Position numbers and translations under genes: made by a program | Source of the DNA: Octopus bimaculoides | Taxonomy: Eukaryota | Assembly: GCF_001194135.2 (NCBI RefSeq) | Contig: NC_068998.1 | Location: forward strand, 19,684,656 to 19,717,181 | Direction: 5' to 3' | DNA length: 32,526 nt | Part shown: piece by piece, positions 11,591 to 21,565 of the stretch | Numbering within the stretch: position 1 is the first letter of the stretch | Layout: every line of letters starts with the position of its first letter | The notes under the pieces: model-generated | What the model was told of the DNA's origin: nothing | Databases searched by the model: none | What the model saw: only the letters and a program-made list of their open reading frames with translations

Positions 11591-11744
11591 GTACTGACAA
11601 GTGAAGAAAACAATATCCTATGTATTGGATATTACCTGCACCTATTAGTGTATTGTAGATCTGGGTTACAGTTTTGCCTTTTTATTCTTTCACTTCTCTT
11701 AACATAAACAGAACCAAAATGACTTAGCTGTTTCAAAAAGAAAA

Positions 11745-12200
11745 AGAAAGTTTTTCTTTATTAATCATAAAGGTTATACATAGATGGGACAAAGCAGAGG
11801 ACTTCGGACAGACATACAGAAATCTTGCAAAACTTTGGTTGATGCGTATGGGTTTAAAAATTAATAATTATATACTTTTAAAGTTAAAAATTAAAATGAG
11901 AATGATTAAAATGAATTAGATAAAAAAAAGTTCAGGGTTCAATTTATTGACCCGCCGGTTATTTTACTTTTTTTTTCTTCCACTTTTTTTTCCTTTTTTC
12001 TTTTTTCTCTTTCTTTTCTCTTTTTTGACCGGCTATGCAAGCGCAGCTCCCTTTATAATCATCTTTCTTACCACAGACATCCACCTTTTATTGTATACAC
12101 TCTGCGACAGGCTCCGCTTTTCTAGGCGAATCTTTTGGGACAAGAGGCAACTAAAAAAGTTTATCAGCCCTTGTCCGGAGATGAAGCGGCCTGTCGAAAA
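11745..12200 (-). mobile_element. 3' end of a probable L1/Tx1-like LINE (ORF2 terminus, A-rich spacer, 3' UTR, AATAAA)
   Basis: Minus open frame RFISGQGLINFFSCLLSQKIRLEKRSLSQSVYNKRWMSVVRKMIIKGAALA* resembles Tx1-type ORF2 ends (LINFF...R.E.......F.KRW) from memory; AATAAA at 11757-11762. Family assignment needs a search. Confidence 0.45.
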
Positions 12201-12476
12201 AGAATGATAGGGAAAACAACGAACAGAAACACATTTTAGTCATCTGCTTTTGTCATCTGCTGAAATTTTACATGAATAGCACGGAGACACCATCTAAATA
12301 TCAAACCACCAATCATATAGCATCTTAATATATTTACAAAAATAAAGTTAAAAAATAAATGCCAAGTAAAGAAATAAATATTTTAACTAGAAAAATTTAT
12401 TGAATATTAGTTTGTAAGACGGAACTAAATTTACTGAAAATTAAATACGAAAGTAATTATATTTACATTATCAACA

Positions 12477-12485
12477 AAGATGGCG
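12477..12485 (+). promoter_or_regulatory. YY1-like motif AAGATGGCG, probable TSS-proximal element of GTF2F1
   Basis: Exact AAGATGGCG about 90 nt upstream of the ATG, followed by CGCGG in a locally CpG-retaining region; this motif is common at animal housekeeping TSSs. Confidence 0.5.
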
Positions 12486-12568
12486 CGCGGGTTATTTTGT
12501 TGATGTTCATTTAGCTGAAAAACTTCTTCAATTTTAATCTTTTCTGTGTGTTTGACGAAGCTTTGAAA

Positions 12569-12583
12569 ATGGCAAGTAATCCG
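12569..12583 (+). CDS. GTF2F1: GTF2F1 (TFIIF alpha/RAP74) coding exon 1: MASNP
   Basis: aaaATGGCAAGTAATCCG|gtaaga; strong phase-0 donor that joins in frame to exon 2. Assignment rests on splice fit, since the peptide is too short for homology. Confidence 0.8.
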
Positions 12584-13421
12584 GTAAGAGATTAAGATAT
12601 CTGTTATATGTTTCACTTATTCTTTAATTTGTGCAACGCACTTATTTAATGCATTATGCAATATGTGCATATATTTATATAATTTTCACATCTGATTTAC
12701 ATTGTAATTTTGTTAACGCTATTGTTCTTTTACATTACATTGGACTTATAGGTTATTGTTACACAATGTACGAAAGTGAAAATATGTTATCATTTTTGTT
12801 TGTTTTTATTCCGCTATGGCAGACTTTGCCTTTCATCGTTTCCGGATCGATAAAAATAAAAGAACCAGTCAAGTATTTGGTTCGATATTGCTGGCCTTGT
12901 GCCAAAATTAGAAAGAGTTTCTATTATCTGATTCCGTTCCAAACTGTAATTCTTTAGATTATCTTTGTTTATTTGTTTTCTGGGATGATACTCAAGAAAA
13001 TGGATATATAATAATGGAGAGGTAAACATTCATGTGTTATGAGACTCAATATTTCCCACGGCCATATAAACATCCATGAATTATGAATCGGGACTTGTTT
13101 TACATGATCTTACCACTCTCTCGCCGTGAAAACTTTTAACTTGCGGACCAAACGCACTTCCATTTTGAATTAAAGAAACTATTTTTTATTGTGCAATGTG
13201 AATACAACTTCTTTTATATATGTACCTTCCCCAAAACACCCCTTTAAAAAAAAATTGGCAAAAATCGGCATTTTGAAATTACCCTCCTCTCCCAAATTCT
13301 TAATTTTTTTTTTTCAAAATATGCAGAAAAATACGGAGCATAATTTTTGGAAATTTTTTTCAGAATCACAATCTCCGTTTTTTTCTGCATGTTTTGAAAA
13401 AAATTTTTTTTTTTGTCAAAA

Positions 13422-13539
13422 NNNNNNNNNNNNNNNNNNNNNNNNNNNNNNNNNNNNNNNNNNNNNNNNNNNNNNNNNNNNNNNNNNNNNNNNNNNNNNN
13501 NNNNNNNNNNNNNNNNNNNNNNNNNNNNNNNNNNNNNNN
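13422..13539. other. Assembly gap
   Basis: Run of N. Confidence 1.
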
Positions 13540-13622
13540 GGACGGGAGGAAGTCTTTCCAAAATGAATATTTAAGGTTATGAAAAGGAAATCTGTTATTT
13601 ATGTTTTTTGTTTTAATTTCAG

Positions 13623-13672
13623 GTGACTGCTGGTAGCTCAACTACACAAGAGTATACAGTCAGACTTCCAAA
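13623..13672 (+). CDS. GTF2F1: GTF2F1 exon 2: VTAGSSTTQEYTVRLP(K)
   Basis: ttttaatttcag| ... AA|gtattt; matches the RAP74 N-terminal EYxVRxPK motif; 50 nt, phase 0 to 2. Confidence 0.92.
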
Positions 13673-14674
13673 GTATTTTACTTTCTTTTCTAACAGCATC
13701 TTTTTTTCTTTCTCTATTTTTTTTCTTGTAAAAGCAATTAACTCAGGGTTCAATTGTTCCCATGTAAGAAGCTATTTGTAGTAGCTTAATACATGGGTTG
13801 TTAAAGCATTAGACTAATGTAGTACTAGTTTAAACCTAGACCAGCATTTATCATGCACTTCTATGGTTAAAGATGACTATTCCATCTGAATTTTTTTTTC
13901 AGACATAGTCTATCTAGAACTATATTAATTAATATGTTCTTTCTTTTTCTAAGACTATAAACTGTGATTCAAAGGTTACTCCTACAACCTATAATCCTTG
14001 ATGATTGACTGGTTGATATTAAAAAGGGCTGCATCTTTTTTATGAAACAAACCACTTTTCACTTCATTGTTCTATTTAATAATTATAATCAACATAACTA
14101 CTGTTGCTTAATCTAATCTGTTTCATTTTTTGACATCATAATCTAAGAATTCATTTAATTTCTTGCCATTTTTATGGTTTAATCAACACACAGTGATATT
14201 GTTGGTAATGTATCTGGAGTTGTGCATAGTAGATTCTTAGTTGATCCTTCTGTAAACTAGAGCTTTTCATCACATATTTATTTGTGTTGTCTACCTCTAA
14301 GAGATGTGTCTGTTTACAGTTTCACATCATGAACAGGCTGGGGAGTTTTTTTCTTCCTTGAATAGGAAATGTTATACCATTGCAGTATTTCTTTCTATAG
14401 GAGGATTTGAACTCAGCTCTGTGGGTCCTGCTTTATGCTTGTGGACTCTATTGTTGAGTGTTAAGTTTCTCAGCTTGGACGCAACATTAGTGATGGGATA
14501 AGGTATGCTAAATACTTTGTCGCCATACTAACAACATGATAATAATAATTCAGCCAGATGCTGCTCTCCTATTAACAGTGTCAATGGCACAGTGAAACAA
14601 GGTTTTTTTCTAAATGCTAATCTTTAGAAAACAAATATTTTACAGAACTTGTGTTTGTTTGTTTATTTTTTCAG

Positions 14675-14741
14675 GGATCGGAAAAAACGTTTTAGTATGT
14701 TCAAGTTTGCTGTTGGCTCTGATCTGGATTTTTCCAAATAT
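14675..14741 (+). CDS. GTF2F1: GTF2F1 exon 3: DRKKRFSMFKFAVGSDLDFSKY
   Basis: tttttttcag|G ... TAT|gtaagt; 67 nt, phase 2 to 0; aligns with the RAP74 KKYNIMAFNAADKVNF segment. Confidence 0.9.
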
Positions 14742-14774
14742 GTAAGTTAAAACTTAAAACAAAATTTCTTTTTT

Positions 14775-15135
14775 ACTCCTTCCAGTCATTAGACTACAGC
14801 CATGCTGAGGCACCAACTTGAAATTTTAGTCAAATTATTTGACCTCCAGTACTTATTTTTTAAAGCCTGGTATTTATTCTATTGGACTCTTGCTGAACTG
14901 CTAAGTTATGCAGATGTAAACACACCAACACCAGCTGTCAAGTGGTGGTGGGGACAAACACCGACATAAAGACACACACACACGACAGGCTTCTTTCAGT
15001 TTCCATCTACCAAATCCACTTGCAAGGCTTTGGCCAGCCCAAGGCTATAGTAGAAGACACTTGCCCAAGATATCATGCAGTGGGACTGAACCTGGAACCA
15101 TGTGGTTGAAAAGCAAGCTTTTTACCACACAACCT
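14775..15135 (-). mobile_element. Same SINE family, reverse copy in GTF2F1 intron 3
   Basis: ttcagtttccatctaccaaatccact...gaagacacttgcccaag...gggactgaacc...accacaca. Confidence 0.72.
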
Positions 15136-15379
15136 TTTTTTTTCAGTAACTGAATAAATGCAAGTCACACAGTGTAAGGAGGACTGTTTTGTCCTGTCAC
15201 AGATAAACTTACTATTGCTTCTGGCATGATAAAATGTATCTAGTCCATGCCATGAAGTAGTTTATGAAAGAAAGAGTAAATCAAACCAAAGATGCTGTAA
15301 GATCCATTTAATCCATGCCAACATGAAAAAAGATATGTAAAATGCTGATGATAGTATATTTATATATGTATATAGATAC

Positions 15380-15785
15380 AGGGGGTGGCTGTGTGGTTAA
15401 GAAACTTGCTTCCCAACCATGTGGTCTTGGGTTCAGTTCTGCTGCATAACATCCTGGGAGAGTGTTTTCTACTATAGCCCCGGGCTAACCAAAGCCCTGT
15501 GAGTGGATTTTGTAGACAGAACCTGAGAGAAGCCTTTTGTATTTATATATGTGTCTTGATATCTGGTCTTGACAGCACATGAAGCAGGCTTTGGGAAATA
15601 TTACCTTGTTTGGAAACAGGTGCAGTTTGATGGCTGGAAGGTTTCACTCCCTGAACTGGGTGTGCATTGTGTTCTTGAATAAAACACTTCATTTCACATT
15701 GCTTGTGTCCATTCAGCTGTAAATGAGTTCCAGCAGTTGCTGGGAAGTTAGACCTACAATGGATTGACATGCCATCCAGGGAACA
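15380..15785 (+). mobile_element. Same SINE family head plus central-domain remnant
   Basis: gtggctgtgtggttaagaaacttgcttcccaaccat head; later attaccttgtttggaaacagg domain shared with 395-640, 18250-18500 and 24430-24660. Confidence 0.65.
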
Positions 15786-16032
15786 CTGTTGTTATCGCAG
15801 TCATTCACACAGCATGAAAGCAAAATGAAGCTCTAGCTTTGTGGGTCCTAGAGCTTATGGCAGGCCTACTACTAGGGTCTCAGTAAGGTTTCAGTTGAAA
15901 CATCTAAAAATTTGAACATTATTATGAAGAAATGAATCTTAAAGATATTTTGTTATGCTAAAATATATAAATACAACTTTTCCTTTCAATTTGCTAAAGT
16001 TTTATTGTCTTTTTTATGGTTATTACTTGCAG

Positions 16033-16244
16033 ACAAATGTCCGTTTAGAGCGAGAAAACAACTTACGAGAATACAAAACTGCTAATGACATTGATTTGAT
16101 GCCCAAATTTGGTGCTGGCAGTGAATTTGGTCGTGAGCAAAAAGAGGAAGCTCGGCGTAAGAAGTATGGTGTTATGCTAAAGAAATACAAACCTGAGGAT
16201 CAACCATGGCATATGAAAATTGGATCAAAACAGAACTGCAAAAG
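16033..16244 (+). CDS. GTF2F1: GTF2F1 exon 4: TNVRLERENN...MPKFGAGSEFGREQKEEARRKKYG...PEDQPW...CK(R)
   Basis: ttgcag| ... AG|gtactg; 212 nt; diagnostic RAP74 motifs GAGSEF, EEARRKKYG and PEDQPW. Confidence 0.97.
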
Positions 16245-16283
16245 GTACTGAGTAACTTTAACCCTTTAGTATTTAAACCAGCC

Positions 16284-16581
16284 GTGGAGGCGCAATGGCC
16301 CAGTGGTTAGGGCAGCGGACTCGCGGTCATAGGATCGCGGTTTCGATTCCCAGACCGGGCGTCGTGAGTGTTTATTGAGCGAAAACACCTAAAGCTCCAC
16401 AAGGCTCCGGCAGGGGATGGTGGCGAACCCTGCTGTACTCTTCCACCACAACTTTCTCTCACTCTTTCTTCCTGTCTCTGTTGTGCCTGTAGTTCAAAGG
16501 GTCAGCCTTGTCACACTGTGTCACGCTGAATATCCCCGAGAACTACGTTAAGGGTACACGTGTCTGTGGAGTGCTCAGCCA
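16284..16581 (+). mobile_element. Very young tRNA(Arg)-like SINE
   Basis: A box TGGCCCAGTGG 16296-16306, B box GGTTTCGATTCC 16339-16350, Arg-like GACTCG anticodon region, intact CpGs; interrupts a MITE; 3' end lost in the gap. Confidence 0.85.
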
Positions 16582-16591
16582 NNNNNNNNNN
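16582..16591. other. 10-N assembly gap (placeholder size)
   Basis: Run of 10 N between the SINE and the duplicated segment. Confidence 1.
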
Positions 16592-16717
16592 TAAGAAGTA
16601 TGGTGTTATGCTAAAGAAATACAAACCTGAGGATCAACCATGGCATATGAAAATTGGATCAAAACAGAACTGCAAAAGGTACTGAGTAACTTTAACCCTT
16701 TAGTATTTAAACCAGCC
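16592..16717 (+). repeat. Exact 126-bp duplicate of 16158-16283 (3' part of GTF2F1 exon 4, donor and MITE start)
   Basis: Identical by eye; starts immediately after the 10-N gap. Confidence 0.93.
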
Positions 16718-17176
16718 ATATCTGGCCTAAATATTCTGTTTTTTTTTTTGTTCAAACCAGCCAGATTTGGCTTCTCACACCTACCCTACAATGTTATTTT
16801 CAAAATAAACAATTACCATGATCATTTAGTGTTCATTTTCCATGATGGGTTAGACAATTTGACTGGGACTGGTAAGCTGGTTTCTACAGCTGGATGCCCT
16901 TCCTAATGCCAACCACTCCAAGAGTATAGTGGGTGCCTTTTATGTGTCGCCAACACTGGCCACAACTATGATTTCACTTGGCTTGACGTGTCTTCTTAAG
17001 CACAGCAAATTGCTAAAGGTCTCAATCACTTGTTATTGCGACCATAAAACTCAGTATCTGAACATCATGCTTCACACCTCATCCCATGTCTTCCTGGGGC
17101 TATCTCTTCCACAGGTTCCCTCCAAGCTATGATTAATTCAAAACTGTGAATAAATAAGTGAATGCTAAAGGGTTAA
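16692..17176. mobile_element. TTAA MITE interrupted by an RTE fragment
   Basis: Both TIRs and TTAA present; internal sequence resumes at about 17128 (atgattaattcaaaa). Confidence 0.75.
16815..17125 (-). mobile_element. Degenerate RTE LINE ORF C-terminus plus 3' UTR, inserted into a TTAA MITE
   Basis: Minus translation EGTCGRDSPRKTWDEV / KHDVQIL...AVLKKTRQAK* resembles the RTE GRGRPRKTW terminus, followed by the shared ggaagggcatccagctgtagaaa tail. Confidence 0.7.
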
Positions 17177-17487
17177 ACGTCCATTTTTACTGCATAGATT
17201 GAGTGAGCTTGTTTGATCTATTACAACTTCATTGTCATCATCATCATTTGATGTCTGTTTTCCATGCTGGCTTCTTTTAAACTTGCAATGGAAAATCAGA
17301 CGATCACATCTGTCTCCATAATTTTGATGCGTCAAGCAAAGTAAAATTGCTCTCTTCCACACATACAGGCTTGTCCTTTCAGGTGCCGGTGCCACATAAT
17401 AATCACCTGAACTCCAGCTCCATCCAGCCTCTGCCAGCATAGAAAGCAGGTGTTAAATGATGATGATGTTAATTTTGTTTAGTCATA

Positions 17488-17961
17488 GGTGCAGGCATGG
17501 CTGTGTGGTAAGAAGTTTGCTTCCTAACCACATGGTTCTGAGTTCAGTCTCACTGCATGGCATCTTGGGCAAGTGTCTTCTACTATAGCCAGGGGCCAAG
17601 TAAAGCCTTGTGAGTGGATTTCGTAGATGGAGACTGAAAAAATACCTGTGCTGGTTTGTTTATGTCCCTGTAAGCAGTTCGGCCAAAAGAGTAAATCCTG
17701 CTGTCAATTCATTCGGCTAAAGACTTTTTCAAGGCAGTGCTCCAGCAAGGTCACAGTCTACTGACTGAAACAAGTAAAAGATAAAAGATACATGCCTTTA
17801 GGTGTAAGTGTGGCTGTGTGGTTATGAAGTTTGCTTCCCAACCACACAGTTCCAGGTTCAGTCCCATTGTGTGGCAATTTAGGCAAGTGCCTTCTACTAT
17901 AGCTTCAGGTTGACCTGAAGTGAGTGGATTTGGCAGACAGAAACACTGAATGAAGCCCATC

Positions 17962-17965
<4 letters not shown>
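17488..17965 (+). mobile_element. Two adjacent copies of the same SINE family
   Basis: Heads at about 17488 and 17808, each ggctgtgtgg(t)taagaagtttgcttcc; the second ends in (TA)n. Confidence 0.72.

Positions 17966-18004
<39 letters not shown>
17965..18004. repeat. (TA)n microsatellite
   Basis: Seen directly; similar tracts at 6249-6282, 20771-20791 and 32440-32526. Confidence 0.95.
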
Positions 18005-18005
<1 letters not shown>

Positions 18006-18781
18006 CAATTAAAAAAATGGAGGAGAATATGCTGTACTCAACGACTTGTAGAGAGTGTATTCCGTTGAATTAATTAACTTATTTTGTAACTAAAATGACA
18101 AAAACCACAAAATACAAATGTTTATGACAAACTATGTTATATTAACAATTGGGGTTACAAATATAAAGTACATTAGGAGAATAAACAGAAATCCTCAACC
18201 CCTAACTCTCTTGCATTATATATATATATATATGTATGTATGTATATATATATCTGTGTGAGTGTGTATGTTTGTGTCTCCTTGTCTTAACATCACATGA
18301 TAGCCGTATATGAGCGTCACTCTCATATAAGCAGTGTCATTCATTTTCAATATTCTTTGTAAATACGTCTGGCTATGGGGGAATATTACTTTGCTTGGAA
18401 ACAGGTGAGGGTTGGCAAGAAGAAGGGCATTTAGCTCTAGAAAATCTGCTTCACTAAACTGCATCCGAACCAAACAAGCATGGAAAAGTAAATGTTAAAA
18501 CACTGCTGATACATGTAACGGTTTTCCTTTTTTGTCTTTTGTATATTTCAGCCTCCTATCATTGGTAATCGGTTATGGTTATCAATACTTGATTTACATT
18601 TGTTGTATGACCTTCCTGTTTTTTTTTTGTTTTTTTTATATATCAGGGCATTTGGTCACTGTTTCTAGCAGGTGAAACAACCACATTGTAGCTCACATTA
18701 TCTCATTATTTACATGTGTAAGCTTAAATATCTTGATATTTGTTCACTATATAACTGAATTCTGTAGTATTATATAATGTC

Positions 18782-19280
18782 TTAACCTTTTAGCATTTAA
18801 AGCATTCATATCGGCCCAAATATTCTGCCTGCTTTATGTTCAAACAGGTCAAACTTGGCCTCTCACATCTACCCTATAATGTTATTCTAAAAATTCTGAA
18901 AACAACTGTCACATTAATTACAATGGACTGATAGGTGTCCTCACCTTGTTTGTTGTTTCCACAATGTTTCAGCTGATGTATTCTCCAGCCTTCATCAGGT
19001 CTTCTGGTGGAATTTCGAACCCAACCTTTTATTTGACTAATGGGGTACTCTGTTCGCATTCCTAAGGTATTCTTTTTTGCTGATGTTATTTTTCTGTTGA
19101 TATTATTTCCCAAGTCCCTGCTTGGGATTGGACTCAGAATCCGAAGGTTAATAGCCTATGCTCTTATCCATAATAACTGTTACATCATTGAAATCTCAGA
19201 GCTACTAGATATTGCACGATTAATTGAAACCAATGTGAATAAATAAGCATTAAATTTTGACAGAGTAATCTGAAGGTTAA
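18782..19280. mobile_element. TTAA MITE interrupted by a roughly 260-bp insertion (18915-19171) with Penelope-like end motifs
   Basis: MITE halves flank an insert bounded by AACAACTGTCACAT (18901) and AATAACTGTTACAT (19172); the insert contains gtttcagctg...cttcatcagg, typical of Penelope pseudo-LTRs (tentative). Confidence 0.65.
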
Positions 19281-19514
19281 ATTTCTATTCTATAAAGAAC
19301 AAGAATTGATACCAGGTTGGTATTGAACCATCATTCTTCTAATTCTTTAACCCTTAAGCATTCAGATTACTCAGAATGCTAAAGGGTTAAAGATGTTTTC
19401 ATCATAATGCTTAACATTATAAACACCAATTTGAGACAAAATGAGAGATTAGTCCTTCAATATGGCTTGAGCTATGTTCCTATCATTTACTAGAAGTCTA
19501 TATAATAATTAGTG

Positions 19515-19830
19515 AAGGTGCCTGGCTTAGTGGTTAGAGCATCAAGTTTACACTCGTGAGGTTGTGAGTTTGATTCCTGGATTGGGCTATGTGTTGTGTT
19601 CTTAAGCAAGACATTTTGTTTCACGTTGCACCAGTTAACTCATCAGTAGAAATGAGTTGCAATGTCACTGGTGCCAAGCTGCATTGTCCTTTGTCTTTCC
19701 CTTGGTGGCATGGAGAGGGGAGGCTGGAATGCATGAGTGACTGCTGGTCCTCCACAAACAACCTTGCCCAGACTTTTGCCTAAGAAGGGAACTTTCTAGG
19801 TGCAATTCCTTGATCATTTGTGACTGAAGG
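19515..19830 (+). mobile_element. tRNA-derived SINE with a CORE-like domain
   Basis: tggcttagtggttagagc (A box), gagtttgattcc (B box), gtgttcttaagcaagaca core; a related reverse copy lies at 29850-30090. Confidence 0.7.
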
Positions 19831-20340
19831 GGGGTTTTACTCTTTTACTCCTTTTTTCAATAATTACCCTGTAAACTATCTGCTGTTTCCATCCCCTCAG
19901 GATTGATGCAATAACTTTTGTTGGTAAATTAACAGTCATCATCATCATCCAATTTCCATACTGACATGGTTTGGATGGTTTAACAGGAGCTTACAAGCCA
20001 GGGAGTTGCACCAGACTCTGTTTTGGCATGGTTTCTATGGCTGGATGCCCTTTCTAATGGCATCCACTTTACAGAGTGTACTGGGTGCTTTTCTTTGTGG
20101 AACCAACACCAATGCTGCTTATGTGGCACCAGCAATCTTGTGATTTTATAATCTTCTTTAATATATTATATTAAATTTTATACCTGTATTATTTGAGTTT
20201 GTTTTCCTTCTAAAAACTTAAATTTAACCTTTAAAAGAAACAACATTCACATTAGTAAATAAATAAAGTAATATAGAAATCATAAATTAAAATTGCTGAA
20301 ATGATTGTTCTTTTTTATAATGTTATTGCTGTAATTTCAG

Positions 20341-20511
20341 ATTCAAAGGTGTGAGGGAAGGAACAATCTCTGACAATACCTCTTATTTCATATTCACCCA
20401 ATGTGCTGATGGTGCGTTTGAAGCTTTTCCTGTTGAACATTGGTATAACTTCAATCCTATCATCAAATACAAATATCTAAATGCTGAAGAGGCAGAAGAA
20501 GAATTTAAAAA
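20341..20511 (+). CDS. GTF2F1: GTF2F1 exon 5: FKGVREGTISDNTSYFIFTQCADGAFEAFPVEHWYNFNP...AEEAEEEFK(K)
   Basis: aatttcag| ... AA|gtgagt; 171 nt, phase 2 to 2; near-identical to the RAP74 YYIFTQCPDGAFEAFPV.WYNF motif. Missed by the ORF track. Confidence 0.97.
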
Positions 20512-20602
20512 GTGAGTGATTTTCTTATTAAAACCCTGTTCTGAGACTTTTGATGACAGTTTTCTTTCTAAATATTATATAATAAATAGTCTGATACATA
20601 AT

Positions 20603-20791
20603 TGGTGCAGGCATGGCTGTGTGCTAAGAAGCTTGCTTCTCAACCACATGGTTCTGACTTCGCTCCCACTGTTTGGCACTTTGGGCAAGTGTCTTCTACT
20701 ATAACCTTAGGCCAACCAAAGCCTTGTGAGTGGATTTGGTAGATAGAAACTGAAAGAAGACCATCGTAAGTATATATATATATATATATAT
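20603..20791 (+). mobile_element. Same SINE family, runs into (TA)n and the gap
   Basis: ggtgcaggcatggctgtgtgctaagaagcttgcttc head. Confidence 0.72.
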
Positions 20792-21123
20792 NNNNNNNNN
20801 NNNNNNNNNNNNNNNNNNNNNNNNNNNNNNNNNNNNNNNNNNNNNNNNNNNNNNNNNNNNNNNNNNNNNNNNNNNNNNNNNNNNNNNNNNNNNNNNNNNN
20901 NNNNNNNNNNNNNNNNNNNNNNNNNNNNNNNNNNNNNNNNNNNNNNNNNNNNNNNNNNNNNNNNNNNNNNNNNNNNNNNNNNNNNNNNNNNNNNNNNNNN
21001 NNNNNNNNNNNNNNNNNNNNNNNNNNNNNNNNNNNNNNNNNNNNNNNNNNNNNNNNNNNNNNNNNNNNNNNNNNNNNNNNNNNNNNNNNNNNNNNNNNNN
21101 NNNNNNNNNNNNNNNNNNNNNNN
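20792..21123. other. Assembly gap
   Basis: Run of N flanked by (TA)n/(TG)n. Confidence 1.
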
Positions 21124-21149
21124 GATGTGTGTATGTATAAATATATATT

Positions 21150-21565
21150 TATTGGGTCATCCCATAAATAATGCAGTTTTTTTATACTTCTTTTATTTTT
21201 CAAGATTAAGATAAACAAAGTTCTTTTTTTAATCTAAAATATACTTTCCTTCATTTTCTACAATGCTTTTCCATCCATCTGGTAGATTTGCAAGGCCCTT
21301 CTTCCAACTTTCCCTTGTCCATGATGAAAAATACTCCTCTAGTACTGTTCTGATTTTGTATACAGAATTCATATTTTTCCCTCCAAATGATTTTGAAGAC
21401 TGCAGAATAAACGATAATCATATGGAGCAATGTCCAGCGAATATGGTAGGTGGAGCATCATTTCTCTTTCAAATTGCTCCAGCCTTTGGAATGTTATCTT
21501 CGCTGTATGTGGCTGAGCATTATCCTGATGTAAGAACACCTTTCCTCTTGAAACCAAAGATAGTC
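21150..21565 (-). mobile_element. Mariner transposase 3' fragment with one TIR
   Basis: Minus translation LHQDNAQPHTA...LHLPYSLDIAPYDYRLFCSLQNHLEGK corresponds to the mariner HDNARPH and YSPDLAPSDY motifs; terminal TATTGGGTCATCCCATAAATAATGC near 21150. Confidence 0.88.

Noticed and set aside
16284-16360. tRNA-Arg-like gene
   Set aside because: It has A and B boxes but no convincing acceptor stem or poly-T terminator, and it continues into a SINE body; it is a SINE head.
16592-16678. Second functional or mutually exclusive exon 4
   Set aside because: Only the 3' part is present, it is identical to the first copy, it starts at a 10-N gap and it has no acceptor; best explained as the alternative haplotype.
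16640-16906. 88-aa ORF MAYENWIK...
   Set aside because: An out-of-frame reading of the duplicated exon 4 piece running through MITE and RTE sequence.
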